From: an uncultured Gammaproteobacteria bacterium
GTDB taxonomy: Bacteria > Patescibacteriota > Microgenomatia > 2-02-FULL-39-11
Direction of reading: 5' to 3'
Assembly: GCA_964544585.1 (NCBI GenBank)
Contig: CAZJBV010000001.1
Span: 45,330 to 109,329, forward strand
Length of the DNA stretch: 64,000 bases
Both the position numbers and the translations under genes were made by a program. The stretch's first letter is position 1. Each line of letters begins with the position of its first letter. Below are positions 19,451 to 28,808 of this stretch, piece by piece. A model generated the notes under the pieces. The model was not told the origin of the DNA, searched no databases, and was given only the letters and a program-made list of their open reading frames with translations.

Positions 19451-20689
19451 TTAGCCTATAAGATCTTTTCCCATATATTTGTGTAATATTTTGGGAATTC
19501 TAATTTGACCCTTTTCGGTTTGAAAATTTTCCAGTATGGCAATTAATGCTCGAGATATGGCTATGGCTGTACCATTGAGCATGTGGACATATTCTGTTAC
19601 TCCATCTTTTTTTCTATATTTTATATTGAGACGCATGGCTTGATAATCGGTGCAATTGGATGTGGAAGTGATTTCGCCATATTCTGCCTTTCCCGGCATC
19701 CAGGCTTCGACGTCAAACTTCCGCACTGCTGGGGCGCCGAGATCTCCAGAAACTATGTCTACTACTCGATAAGGAATTTCCAGTTTTTGATATATTTTTT
19801 CTTCTATTGACAAAAGATAATCGTGCATTTTGGGAGACTCTTCGGGTAGACAGTAAATAAACATTTCTACTTTAGTAAATTGGTGGACACGATAAAGACC
19901 TCTTGAATATCTACCGTAGCCGCCGGCTTCTCTTCGGAAACAATGAGAGATGCCGGCATATTTGAGGGGCAGATCTTTGGCATTTAAGATCTCATCTTTG
20001 TGATAGCCACCTATGGTGACTTCGGCGGTGGCGATCAGGCCCAAATTTTCATCTTCTATTTTATAAATTTGAGATTCGGGCCCACGCGGTTTGTAACCGA
20101 TGCCATCTAAAACTTCCAATTTTGATAGATCCGGTGTTTCGATAAAAGTAAAGCCTTCTTCTTTTAAAATATCAAAGGCAAAATTTATAAGGGCATATTC
20201 TAGTAAAACAGCATCATTTTTGAGAAAATAAAATTGACTGCCTGTAACTTTGGCGCCTTTGTCAAAATCAATAATGTCCAATTTTTTTCCAAGTTCGACA
20301 TGATCGAGAGGTTGGAAATCGAATTTTGGTGGAGTCCCCCACTTTTTTATTTCAACTGCTTCATTTTCGTCGGTGCCGATAGGGGTTTTTGGGTCTAATG
20401 TATTTGGCAATGTCCAGAGGAGTTCTTTTAATTTTTTTTCTGAATCGACTAATTCTGGTTCTATTTTTTTTAATTCTTCTTTTACTTCTTTGCCTCTTTT
20501 TATGTTTGCATCAGAAAAATTTTTACTTATTTTGTTTCTTTCTTCTCGAAGTTTTTCAATTTTTTGAATAAGATCTATTCTTTTTTTGTCAAGTCCCAAT
20601 ATTTGCTCAACGTCTATGTTGACGTTTCTTTTTTTCAATATATCAATAGCTTGGCTTTTATTATTGCGAAGAAATTTTAGATCGATCAT
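19451..20689 (-). CDS. serS: Seryl-tRNA synthetase
   Basis: N-terminal coiled-coil MIDLKFLRNN...; class II core motifs; 412 aa. Confidence 0.9.
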   Translation of the reverse strand: MIDLKFLRNNKSQAIDILKKRNVNIDVEQILGLDKKRIDLIQKIEKLREERNKISKNFSDANIKRGKEVKEELKKIEPELVDSEKKLKELLWTLPNTLDPKTPIGTDENEAVEIKKWGTPPKFDFQPLDHVELGKKLDIIDFDKGAKVTGSQFYFLKNDAVLLEYALINFAFDILKEEGFTFIETPDLSKLEVLDGIGYKPRGPESQIYKIEDENLGLIATAEVTIGGYHKDEILNAKDLPLKYAGISHCFRREAGGYGRYSRGLYRVHQFTKVEMFIYCLPEESPKMHDYLLSIEEKIYQKLEIPYRVVDIVSGDLGAPAVRKFDVEAWMPGKAEYGEITSTSNCTDYQAMRLNIKYRKKDGVTEYVHMLNGTAIAISRALIAILENFQTEKGQIRIPKILHKYMGKDLIG

Positions 20690-20698
20690 GTTTGGGGA

Positions 20699-21457
20699 TT
20701 ATCTTGTTTCGTAGCCTAAAGTGACGGAGACGTTTACCTCTGTTTGTCCCGATTGCAGTTCTGTTGATTTTTCGTCTGGTGAGCCTGCCGCAGTTTCCGC
20801 CGCGCGGTAAATTGGAGGAAATGGTTCGATCGGGTTTTCATAGACATTGATAATTTTACCTAATGTAATTCCAGTTTCTTTTGCTATTTCTTGGGCTTTT
20901 TGTTTGGCTTTTTCTATTGCCTGTTTTCGTGCTTCTGCTCTATATTTTTCCATGTCATCGATTTCAAATGACACCCCCCCTATCTGATTGGCACCGTTTT
21001 TGGAGGCGATATCAATGACTTGGTTTCCCTTTTCCAGATCTCTTGCCTTTACTTGGATATTGACATTTATAGAGTAGCCTGTAATTTTTTGAGTGCCACC
21101 GGAGTAATCATAATTTGGATTTATATTGTATGTGGTGGTTCGAATATCTTTTTCTTCGATTCCAATATTTTTTAGATCCTGAGTAATGGAATTTATAATC
21201 TCATTGGCCCTAGTTTGCACCTGAGATACATTTGTTCCTTGAGTAGAGTAGCCAATATTCACAACAGCAATATCAGGTTTGGCATAGGCTTTGCCTTCTG
21301 CTGTAACTGAAAAATAATCATTTTTCATGGTGGAAATTTGATTGACATAAAGTGGGAAACTTAGACCAAGAGAAGTGGTGAGAAATAGACCAACTAAGAT
21401 TGAGATTATTACTGCAACGGAGATAATAAGAATTTGTCTAAATTCTTGCGGAATCAT
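20699..21457 (-). CDS. SIMPL/DUF541-domain secreted protein (putative)
   Basis: N-terminal TM/signal anchor, size and composition similar to DUF541 family; weak. Confidence 0.4.
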   Translation of the reverse strand: MIPQEFRQILIISVAVIISILVGLFLTTSLGLSFPLYVNQISTMKNDYFSVTAEGKAYAKPDIAVVNIGYSTQGTNVSQVQTRANEIINSITQDLKNIGIEEKDIRTTTYNINPNYDYSGGTQKITGYSINVNIQVKARDLEKGNQVIDIASKNGANQIGGVSFEIDDMEKYRAEARKQAIEKAKQKAQEIAKETGITLGKIINVYENPIEPFPPIYRAAETAAGSPDEKSTELQSGQTEVNVSVTLGYETR

Positions 21458-21469
21458 AAGATAATTATA

Positions 21470-22036
21470 CTATAAACCTAGTTCTTGTGATATCTCCTGC
21501 ATCGCTTTTAGAGCTTTGGTGATGAAATCTTCTTTTTTTATACCAAGTTTTTCTTCGCACATGGCGATTTGTTCTCTTTTGGCGCCGGCAGCAAAGGATT
21601 TTGTTTTATATTTTTTCATCACAGAATCTGTTGTAACTGATAATAATTTCTTATCCGGTCTGACAAGTGCCACAGCAACTATAAGACCTGTCAATTCATC
21701 GCAGCAAAAAAGCGACCACTCGAGATTGTTTTTGGGCGGGTTTTGGCCGGTGTGGGCAAAGTTATGGGAGGCAATCGCCGATAAAATTCTTTCATCAGTC
21801 TCCCCTACTTCTTTTAACCATTCAGACATCTTAATGGTGTGTAGTTCTGGTTTGTCTTTGACTTCTTCATAATCTCCATCATGTAAAAGTCCCACTATTC
21901 CGTATACTTCTTCATCTTCTCCGAAATGTTTTGCCAGTGCTCTCATCACTGCCTCTACAGAGAGACAGTGGCGAATGAGGTTTTTATTCTTCATGTGGGC
22001 GTCTAATAATTCCCAAGCTTGTTGACGTGTAATCAT
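21470..22036 (-). CDS. HD-domain phosphohydrolase
   Basis: HD motif H...LLHDGDYE; ~190 aa. Confidence 0.7.
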   Translation of the reverse strand: MITRQQAWELLDAHMKNKNLIRHCLSVEAVMRALAKHFGEDEEVYGIVGLLHDGDYEEVKDKPELHTIKMSEWLKEVGETDERILSAIASHNFAHTGQNPPKNNLEWSLFCCDELTGLIVAVALVRPDKKLLSVTTDSVMKKYKTKSFAAGAKREQIAMCEEKLGIKKEDFITKALKAMQEISQELGL

Positions 22037-22090
22037 AAAAGTAATTTTAAATTTTTAATTCTAAATTTTAAATCAATATTCAATTTTAAA

Positions 22091-22420
22091 TTATTTTGTG
22101 CTAATTGCAATTCTAGAAAATATTAAAGTCAATTCTTGTGCTTCTTTCCAGAGAACTCTGCATTCATCTCTTACTTTATCGTCTGCTTTAACAATTAATC
22201 TGAGCCAGTATTTTGTCTCTCTTGCTTCTTTCTTACAAATAACAATTTTGTTTTTAAAATCTTTTTTACTTCCTGCACCGTTTGCTTCGAAATAGTTTGC
22301 TCCTATACTGGTTGCTGCTCTGACCAATTGATTAATAATCGGCGATGTAATAGATGAAGGTTTAACTTTCTTACACATTTCTATTACTCTTTCGGAAAAA
22401 TCGGCTGTTCTTTCTTCCAA
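22091..22420 (-). CDS. Four-helix-bundle protein (23S rRNA intervening-sequence protein family)
   Basis: Characteristic GANYFEANGAGSKKDFKNKIVICKKEARETKYWLRL segment; 109 aa. Confidence 0.7.
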   Translation of the reverse strand: MEERTADFSERVIEMCKKVKPSSITSPIINQLVRAATSIGANYFEANGAGSKKDFKNKIVICKKEARETKYWLRLIVKADDKVRDECRVLWKEAQELTLIFSRIAISTK

Positions 22421-22447
22421 ATCGTATTTAGTATTTAAAATTTGGAT

Positions 22448-24751
22448 TTAAATTACTAATCCTTTCATCTCTACGCTTCCACCACAGTATTTTTGAATAA
22501 TAGCGATTGTTTCGTCGAGAGATCTTTGGACTTTTTGCCGAGTGGCGTCATAAATTCCATCAAGATTTAAAATAACATTTTTCGTATCCAGGGTGACTGC
22601 GGTTCTTTTTGCATCTCGAAAATTAAAATCAATATTGTATCCGCCGATAGCATCAAAATAGGCAATTTCTTTTTCTGTGTAGGCGGTAGGTTTTTCGTCG
22701 CCTAAAAGATGGATTTCTTCTCCTTTTTTGGCAAATCTGATGATGGTCGGCAATTTCATTTTATCCAGATCAAAGGCGCCGACAGAGACTCTATGCTTCA
22801 TAACAATTAGATTGTAAGAATCGACGCAAGTATTTATGGTGTATAATCCTTTTTTAAGAGCAACCCGACGAAGAAGGGCTTCGGGAGAAGGACGACGTGA
22901 ATGCCAGTCGATTCCCGTCTCTTTATAGAGTCTTCTATAACTTATAATCTCCGGATATTTTCCAAGTTCTTCTGTGGTGAGGCCTTGAATTGAAGATAGA
23001 AATTCTTCTTTTTCTTTTTCTAATTCAGGGTTTGTTTTTTCTACTTTTATTCCTTTAATAATGGCGATGCCTATTGAGATCGATGGATATTTTTCTTTTA
23101 ATTTGGGATCGATGGAAAAAATATCCGGTCGAGAAATAGTTTTAATTGTTGATATTTTTTCTTTAGTTTTTTGTTGTTTATTCAGCGTTAATCGTTCGCT
23201 GATTACATCTTTGGGAAATTTATTGAGTAGCCAACCAGCTCTAGGTCCATAAGGTTTATCAAGTATTACTGTATACAATGCTTTAAAGGCATCTTGGTAA
23301 TTGATATTAATGGATTTAGTTAGCTGAAAAATTTCAGATTGCAACTTTTCAGGGTCTTTTGATTCTTGCCAAATTTTTGCCAGACCATTCAAAAATTTCC
23401 ATTGATTTTCAGATAGCGTAATTTCAGGAAATGATTTTATTGATATTTGATACTTATATTCGTTAGGAGCATATTTACTTAACCAAACAGTGGCATTGGT
23501 AAGTCGGTCCTGCAAAATATCATTTTCTTCATCTGTGAGTGAAGATCCTTTAATTTGAGCAAATCGGTCCCAGAGTTTAACGTTTGGAAGTTGTCTAAAA
23601 TTCGCTATATCTCGAAAGCGGGGAATAAAAAGATTAGGATTTTTTGGCGGAATGTCATCAATTTGAGATAATTCATAGGCACGGGAGAGGTCGGGGTCAC
23701 CGCTTTTATTATATGCTTGCCAGCAACGATCGTACTCGTCAAAAAGATCAGGGATAGCCATGGTTTCGACAGGATCAAACTCGATGGCCTGTCGGTAGTC
23801 TGTCCTTGTAAACATAAACCGGACTAGGTATGGTGGCATAATATCTGAAACTTCTTTTGCAGACACACCCATACCTTTACTGGATGACATTTTTTTACCG
23901 CCGATGAGGAAAAATTCGTGCGAAAACCCAAAAGGAGTAGGATAATCAATCACACGTTTACATATTTGTTCTGCAATATCATGCGAGCCTCCGGCGCCCA
24001 TATGGTCTTTACCCGCGCCTTCAATTGTCACGCCAATTACTTTCCATTTGACCGCCCATTCTACTTTCCAAGATAACTTTCCAACAAATTTTCCATTGTT
24101 GCTAAATGGGCTAATTTTACCTTCATACCCGCATCCCTTAGTCCAGTCGACGGCATCTTCTTTGCAGGTAAAATGAACGTTTTCACTATCCCATTTGTAG
24201 ACTCTGGTGGTAGACTCTTTACCGCATTTCGGACAAACTACTTGGAATGGATACCAATCAGGTTGGAGCGACTTTTTGTACATTTTTTCATAAATATCCC
24301 GAATAATATCAGCTTTATCCAGACAAATTTTAATATCCTTGTTCATTTTGCCTGATTTATATAAATCAGCACTCCAGATGATTTTTGGTTCCGATCCAAT
24401 TTTATTGAACACGTGTTTGAATTCCAAAGCAAAGTACTCGGCATAATTTTTCGCAGCTTTGGGATCAGGCGAGGGAATAGTAAATAATGGTTGCCCTAAA
24501 TATTTTTCCCATTTTTCTTTCTCCAGATAAATTGGCAAACCATCCATGGGATCCTGGTCTTCAAAAACATAGCTGAATGTCACTTTTTGTCCGGAGTCTT
24601 TTAAAGCGCGGTTTATTGAGTCGTGTACAACAACGCCCCGAAGTGAACCGACATGAATCCTGCCCGAAGGAGTCTTCATGTCGTCAACCCAGTAGGGAGT
24701 GTATTTACCAGAATCTATTATCTTTTTTGCAATTTTATCGGCCCAGAACAT
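22448..24751 (-). CDS. lysS: Class I lysyl-tRNA synthetase fused to a C-terminal B3/4-like domain
   Basis: HIGH-like PSGRIHVGSLRG and KMSKS-like KMSSSKG; N-terminal catalytic body is about 530 aa (class I LysRS-sized) with a ~230-aa extra C-terminal domain resembling PheT B3/4. Confidence 0.7.
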   Translation of the reverse strand: MFWADKIAKKIIDSGKYTPYWVDDMKTPSGRIHVGSLRGVVVHDSINRALKDSGQKVTFSYVFEDQDPMDGLPIYLEKEKWEKYLGQPLFTIPSPDPKAAKNYAEYFALEFKHVFNKIGSEPKIIWSADLYKSGKMNKDIKICLDKADIIRDIYEKMYKKSLQPDWYPFQVVCPKCGKESTTRVYKWDSENVHFTCKEDAVDWTKGCGYEGKISPFSNNGKFVGKLSWKVEWAVKWKVIGVTIEGAGKDHMGAGGSHDIAEQICKRVIDYPTPFGFSHEFFLIGGKKMSSSKGMGVSAKEVSDIMPPYLVRFMFTRTDYRQAIEFDPVETMAIPDLFDEYDRCWQAYNKSGDPDLSRAYELSQIDDIPPKNPNLFIPRFRDIANFRQLPNVKLWDRFAQIKGSSLTDEENDILQDRLTNATVWLSKYAPNEYKYQISIKSFPEITLSENQWKFLNGLAKIWQESKDPEKLQSEIFQLTKSININYQDAFKALYTVILDKPYGPRAGWLLNKFPKDVISERLTLNKQQKTKEKISTIKTISRPDIFSIDPKLKEKYPSISIGIAIIKGIKVEKTNPELEKEKEEFLSSIQGLTTEELGKYPEIISYRRLYKETGIDWHSRRPSPEALLRRVALKKGLYTINTCVDSYNLIVMKHRVSVGAFDLDKMKLPTIIRFAKKGEEIHLLGDEKPTAYTEKEIAYFDAIGGYNIDFNFRDAKRTAVTLDTKNVILNLDGIYDATRQKVQRSLDETIAIIQKYCGGSVEMKGLVI

Positions 24752-25406
24752 AGACCTTTCCCTTTTTTGCTTTATTCCAATTATACGATAATATGGGCGC
24801 AGAGCATACTAGTGTCATGTTTTTATCGTGATAGTAATGCAGAGAAAAATAATCTGAAAAGCTTGGGTATTGGTTAAGAAAATAAAAACTTTTGCCGTCT
24901 GATAATCCTATATTCATGCCTTCAATTGAACGTGAATGGGAAATGAGAGTTTTGTGGACAGAATCTAAAGCCTGACTTAATGATTTTTTTTGCTTTTTAA
25001 ATAATTGAATAAGAGAAAAAATTTTTTGTGCTCCGATTTTTCCGAAAAGGGGAAGATTTAGGCGAACGCCTTTTAGCATTCCATTGAAAACAAAACAGAG
25101 ACCATCGTCTATATACGGTTGATTGTATTCAATAATCCCCTTTTGGTCGGGAAAGCCTGCGCTCCTGGCGTGGACAATAAGGATTTTAGTTTCAGGCAAT
25201 TGTGGGAAAAGTTTATTATCTTTCCAGATGGGATTAAGTGATTTTTTGGTGATCCATTTTCCCGATGTTTCCCAAGCTACTCCCCAACCGTCATTCTGTA
25301 AATCTCCGTCTGGTGTGCGGCTTTTTTGGCACATTTGGGAAAATGCAGTTAAAAAATGCTGCGGATTAAATTTCCTTTTTGATTTTATGAGAAGGAAACG
25401 GCACAT
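24735..25406 (-). CDS. Class II (Ntn) glutamine amidotransferase-like protein (YafJ/EgtC-like)
   Basis: Starts MCRF (Cys2 nucleophile), DGWGVAW and HARSAG motifs of GATase class II; overlaps lysS start by 17 nt and lies last in the lysine operon. Confidence 0.6.
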   Translation of the reverse strand: MCRFLLIKSKRKFNPQHFLTAFSQMCQKSRTPDGDLQNDGWGVAWETSGKWITKKSLNPIWKDNKLFPQLPETKILIVHARSAGFPDQKGIIEYNQPYIDDGLCFVFNGMLKGVRLNLPLFGKIGAQKIFSLIQLFKKQKKSLSQALDSVHKTLISHSRSIEGMNIGLSDGKSFYFLNQYPSFSDYFSLHYYHDKNMTLVCSAPILSYNWNKAKKGKVYVLGR

Positions 25407-25407
25407 A

Positions 25408-26553
25408 TTAATTTTTAAAAATTTCTTTTAGAGCGTTTATGACCATGTCTACTTCTTTTTTAGTTATCAAGTACGGAGGAAGAAAACGGACTATATTTGA
25501 TCCGGCTGGAATGGCAATAATATTTTTCTCTTGCAAAGCTTTTAGTAACCAGGTAGCATTTTCTTTCAATTGGATTCCAAGCATAAGACCAATACCTCTT
25601 GCCTCTAAAATTTTGTCTGAATCAATTTTTTTCAGTTGGGATAAAAAATATTCTCCAGTTTTTTTAATATGACTAAAGATATCTTTATTACCAAATTCAT
25701 CTAGAGTTGTAACAACACCGGCGCAGGCTAAGGGATTGCCACCAAAAGTAGTTGTATGAAGATGCATGGGAATTTTTTGCGCTATTTGTTCTGTCACGAG
25801 CGTTGCACCAATTGGTATTCCACCACCCAATCCTTTTCCAAGACAAAGAATGTCGGGTGAGATACCAAGTTGCTCTGATGCCAGGAATGTACTTGTTCTT
25901 CCTACTCCTGTTTGAATTTCATCAACAATGAGTAAAATATTGTTTTCCCGGCAGAAAGACTGAAGGGAGTGGAAGTATTCTTTTGACGCTAATTTGATTC
26001 CTCCTTCTCCTTGAATGGGTTCTGTAATAATTCCGGCGATATCTTTCGGTGCCATTTTTTTGAGAGCATTCACTTCACCAAAAGGAATATGAGTAAAATT
26101 CCAAAGAAGCGGAAGAAAGGGTACACGATATTTTTCTCCTCCCGTTGCTGAAAGAGCACCTAATGTTTTTCCATGATAGCCATGTTCCATAGCTATAAAA
26201 TGTTTTTTTCCAGTTGCAAGACAGGCAAATTTTAGAGCTGCCTCTATGGCTTCTGCGCCAGAATTTGAGAAAAATACTTTTGTTAATTTGCCCCCACAAA
26301 TAGTAATTAATTTCTCTGCAGCCTGATTTCTCATTTCGTTGTTAAATGAACCATGAAGATCAATAAGTTTAGATATTTGATTTACTAGTGCATCGTTTAT
26401 CTTTTGATATCCATAGCCAAAAATATTTACACCATAATTACTCCCGAGATCTAGATATTGTTTCCTGCTTGTGTCTATAAGATACATTCCTTTTCCTTTG
26501 ATAAAGGTAATACCCCTATTGGGGTATGAGGCGACTAAATGATTATTTAACAT
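25408..26553 (-). CDS. lysJ: Class III aminotransferase (LysJ/ArgD-type acetylornithine / LysW-gamma-lysine aminotransferase)
   Basis: PLP aminotransferase class III motifs (DEIQTG, catalytic Lys region LCLGKGLGGG). Confidence 0.7.
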   Translation of the reverse strand: MLNNHLVASYPNRGITFIKGKGMYLIDTSRKQYLDLGSNYGVNIFGYGYQKINDALVNQISKLIDLHGSFNNEMRNQAAEKLITICGGKLTKVFFSNSGAEAIEAALKFACLATGKKHFIAMEHGYHGKTLGALSATGGEKYRVPFLPLLWNFTHIPFGEVNALKKMAPKDIAGIITEPIQGEGGIKLASKEYFHSLQSFCRENNILLIVDEIQTGVGRTSTFLASEQLGISPDILCLGKGLGGGIPIGATLVTEQIAQKIPMHLHTTTFGGNPLACAGVVTTLDEFGNKDIFSHIKKTGEYFLSQLKKIDSDKILEARGIGLMLGIQLKENATWLLKALQEKNIIAIPAGSNIVRFLPPYLITKKEVDMVINALKEIFKN

Positions 26554-27341
26554 ATGGTTGTACCTCCACCTTTTAAGGCATTTGTAATAGGATGGGGAAT
26601 TCTGCCATCGCCGAAATAAATTTTTTTTGCTCCGAAATGGATTGCTTCCTTGACGCCGAGAAGTTTTTTTCTCATTCTGTCTTCTGTTTTTTTTATATAT
26701 TGATCTAACTGGTCAAATTTGATTGTTTTAATCATTGATTTTTTATCATCTCTATCCTCTAGTAAACCCGGGGCTTCAAAGAGGATGACTATTTTTTTTA
26801 TATTGAGATCGCGGACCATGACTGCGGCAGCTCTATCATTATCGACATTGATGAGTAGTCCATCAGCGGTTATTGCCGGAATGGTGATAACAGGAATAAA
26901 GCCGGATTTTATAAGCAAGGCTATCAGAGTTTTATTAACTGAAATTACATTTCCGGTGAGAGAGTTTCTTATTATTTTGGTTTTATTGCCTACTTTTGCA
27001 TAAATTACGTCTTTTTGTTTGCCAAGCCAGGTTTTGCCATCGGCTCCGGAAAGTCCAACTGCATTTAGGCCATGTTTTTGCAGTGTAGCGACAATTTTTT
27101 TGTTGATGAGACCACTATAGACCATAGTAAGTAACTCTATGGTTTGGCTATCAGTGTAGCGGCTGGTTTGGCCTGTGGGAGAGGTAATTATTTTTTCTTT
27201 TAACTTTAGTTTTTCGGTAATATCTTTCATCCAGGCATTTGCACCGTGCACTATCACATATTCTTCAGAAATGCTTTGCAAATCCGCGGCAATGTAATCC
27301 CAGTTGATAGCTTTTCCGCCACCAATTTTAATGATAATCAT
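26547..27341 (-). CDS. lysZ: Amino acid kinase LysZ/ArgB-type
   Basis: AAK fold: IIKIGG N-terminus, HGAN, 264 aa; within lys cluster. Confidence 0.7.
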   Translation of the reverse strand: MIIIKIGGGKAINWDYIAADLQSISEEYVIVHGANAWMKDITEKLKLKEKIITSPTGQTSRYTDSQTIELLTMVYSGLINKKIVATLQKHGLNAVGLSGADGKTWLGKQKDVIYAKVGNKTKIIRNSLTGNVISVNKTLIALLIKSGFIPVITIPAITADGLLINVDNDRAAAVMVRDLNIKKIVILFEAPGLLEDRDDKKSMIKTIKFDQLDQYIKKTEDRMRKKLLGVKEAIHFGAKKIYFGDGRIPHPITNALKGGGTTIC

Positions 27342-28350
27342 GACTTCTTTTTAAATTTTTTATAACTTCTTTTGTTACTTCTGTGGTTGTTGCATTGCCC
27401 CCGATATCCGGTGTGGTGCAGTTGTTTTTTATTGTTTTTATGATGGCTTCTTTTATTGCTTGGGAATACTTTTCCAGTTTCAAATATTCCAGCATCAGAC
27501 ATACTGCAAAAAAAGTGGCGAGAGGATTGATGCGGTTTTTCCCTTTGTATTTTGGCGCCGATCCGTGTACTGGTTCAAAAAGAGCATATTTGTTGCCTAT
27601 ATTTGCAGAAGCTGCTACTCCCAATCCTCCAACCAATGCTGCAGCAACATCAGATAAAATATCACCAAACATGTTGGTGGTAACAATAATGTCAAATGTT
27701 TCCGGTTTTTTTACCAAGTTCATTGCACATGAGTCGACCAACATATCATCAAAATAAATAGAAGAATATATTGGAGCAATTTTTTGTGCCATTGCCAAAA
27801 ATAGACCGTCAGTTAAACGCAATACATTAGATTTATGTACGACAGTCACTTTCTTTCGTTTTTGGTTGGTTGCTAAACGAAAGGCAGATTCAATGATGCG
27901 TTTACTTGCGTATGTAGTAATTACTCTTTCTGCTATAGCTCCTTCTTTTGTCTTTTTTTCTCTTCCTATATAGAGATCTTCGGTATTTTCTCTGACGATT
28001 GTAAAATTAATGTCCTGCCGGGTCCCTGGTAATGGCAGTGAAAAAAAAGGTCGGATATTAGCATAAAGATTTAAGTCTCTCCTCAATTTTACAATGGGGC
28101 TGAAATAATTTTTTATATGGGGAGGACTAGTAACGGCTCCAAAGAGTATGGCATCAGCCATTTTACATGTATCGATCGTATGAGAAGGTAAAGGAATACC
28201 GCAATTTAAATAGCAATCATATCCGGCTCTCGCTTCAACAAATCTAAAAGGTATAGGTAATTGCTCCAATAACTGAAGAGATTGGTCGATAACTTCCGGC
28301 CCTATACCATCTCCTTTGATGACACAAATAGTGTATTTATTAGTTTTCAT
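27328..28350 (-). CDS. Homoisocitrate/isopropylmalate dehydrogenase family enzyme (putative homoisocitrate dehydrogenase)
   Basis: ICVIKGDGIGPEV N-terminus, HGSAPKYKGK; 340 aa; between homoaconitase and lysZ. Confidence 0.7.
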   Translation of the reverse strand: MKTNKYTICVIKGDGIGPEVIDQSLQLLEQLPIPFRFVEARAGYDCYLNCGIPLPSHTIDTCKMADAILFGAVTSPPHIKNYFSPIVKLRRDLNLYANIRPFFSLPLPGTRQDINFTIVRENTEDLYIGREKKTKEGAIAERVITTYASKRIIESAFRLATNQKRKKVTVVHKSNVLRLTDGLFLAMAQKIAPIYSSIYFDDMLVDSCAMNLVKKPETFDIIVTTNMFGDILSDVAAALVGGLGVAASANIGNKYALFEPVHGSAPKYKGKNRINPLATFFAVCLMLEYLKLEKYSQAIKEAIIKTIKNNCTTPDIGGNATTTEVTKEVIKNLKRSHDYH

Positions 28351-28808
28351 TGAAATGTAATTATATTTTTTAAACTTTTTAAGCCATTTTTTTGTAAATA
28401 GGGAATAATTCCACCCTCATGGTATAAACGGAGCATCAGAGGAGGAATCAGCACTTTTCTTTCTATGTATAAATTTAAGTCATCTTTTTCATCAATTTTT
28501 GAAGTATCTACCTCGATTAGAAGCATGCCTATATTTAAACAATTTCGGTAAAAGATTCTGGCAAATGATTTTGCCAGGATGGCTTTCACTCCTGCGTACT
28601 TAAGCGCAATTGCCGCTGTCTCCCGGGAACTGCCGCAGCCGAAATTTTCTCCCGCAATAATAAAATCACCTTTTTTAACTTTTTTTCTGAATTCGGGCCT
28701 ATATTCTATAAAAGCAATTTCGGCCAATTTTTTAGCGTCGGTTGTGATGTTGTATCGACCGGGAGTGATAAGGTCAGTATTGATATTGTCGCCAAACATC
28801 CAATTCAT
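28347..28808 (-). CDS. Homoaconitase/3-isopropylmalate dehydratase small subunit (LeuD-like)
   Basis: MNWMFGDNINTDLITPGRY N-terminus typical of LeuD/LysU small subunit. Confidence 0.75.
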   Translation of the reverse strand: MNWMFGDNINTDLITPGRYNITTDAKKLAEIAFIEYRPEFRKKVKKGDFIIAGENFGCGSSRETAAIALKYAGVKAILAKSFARIFYRNCLNIGMLLIEVDTSKIDEKDDLNLYIERKVLIPPLMLRLYHEGGIIPYLQKNGLKSLKNIITFQ

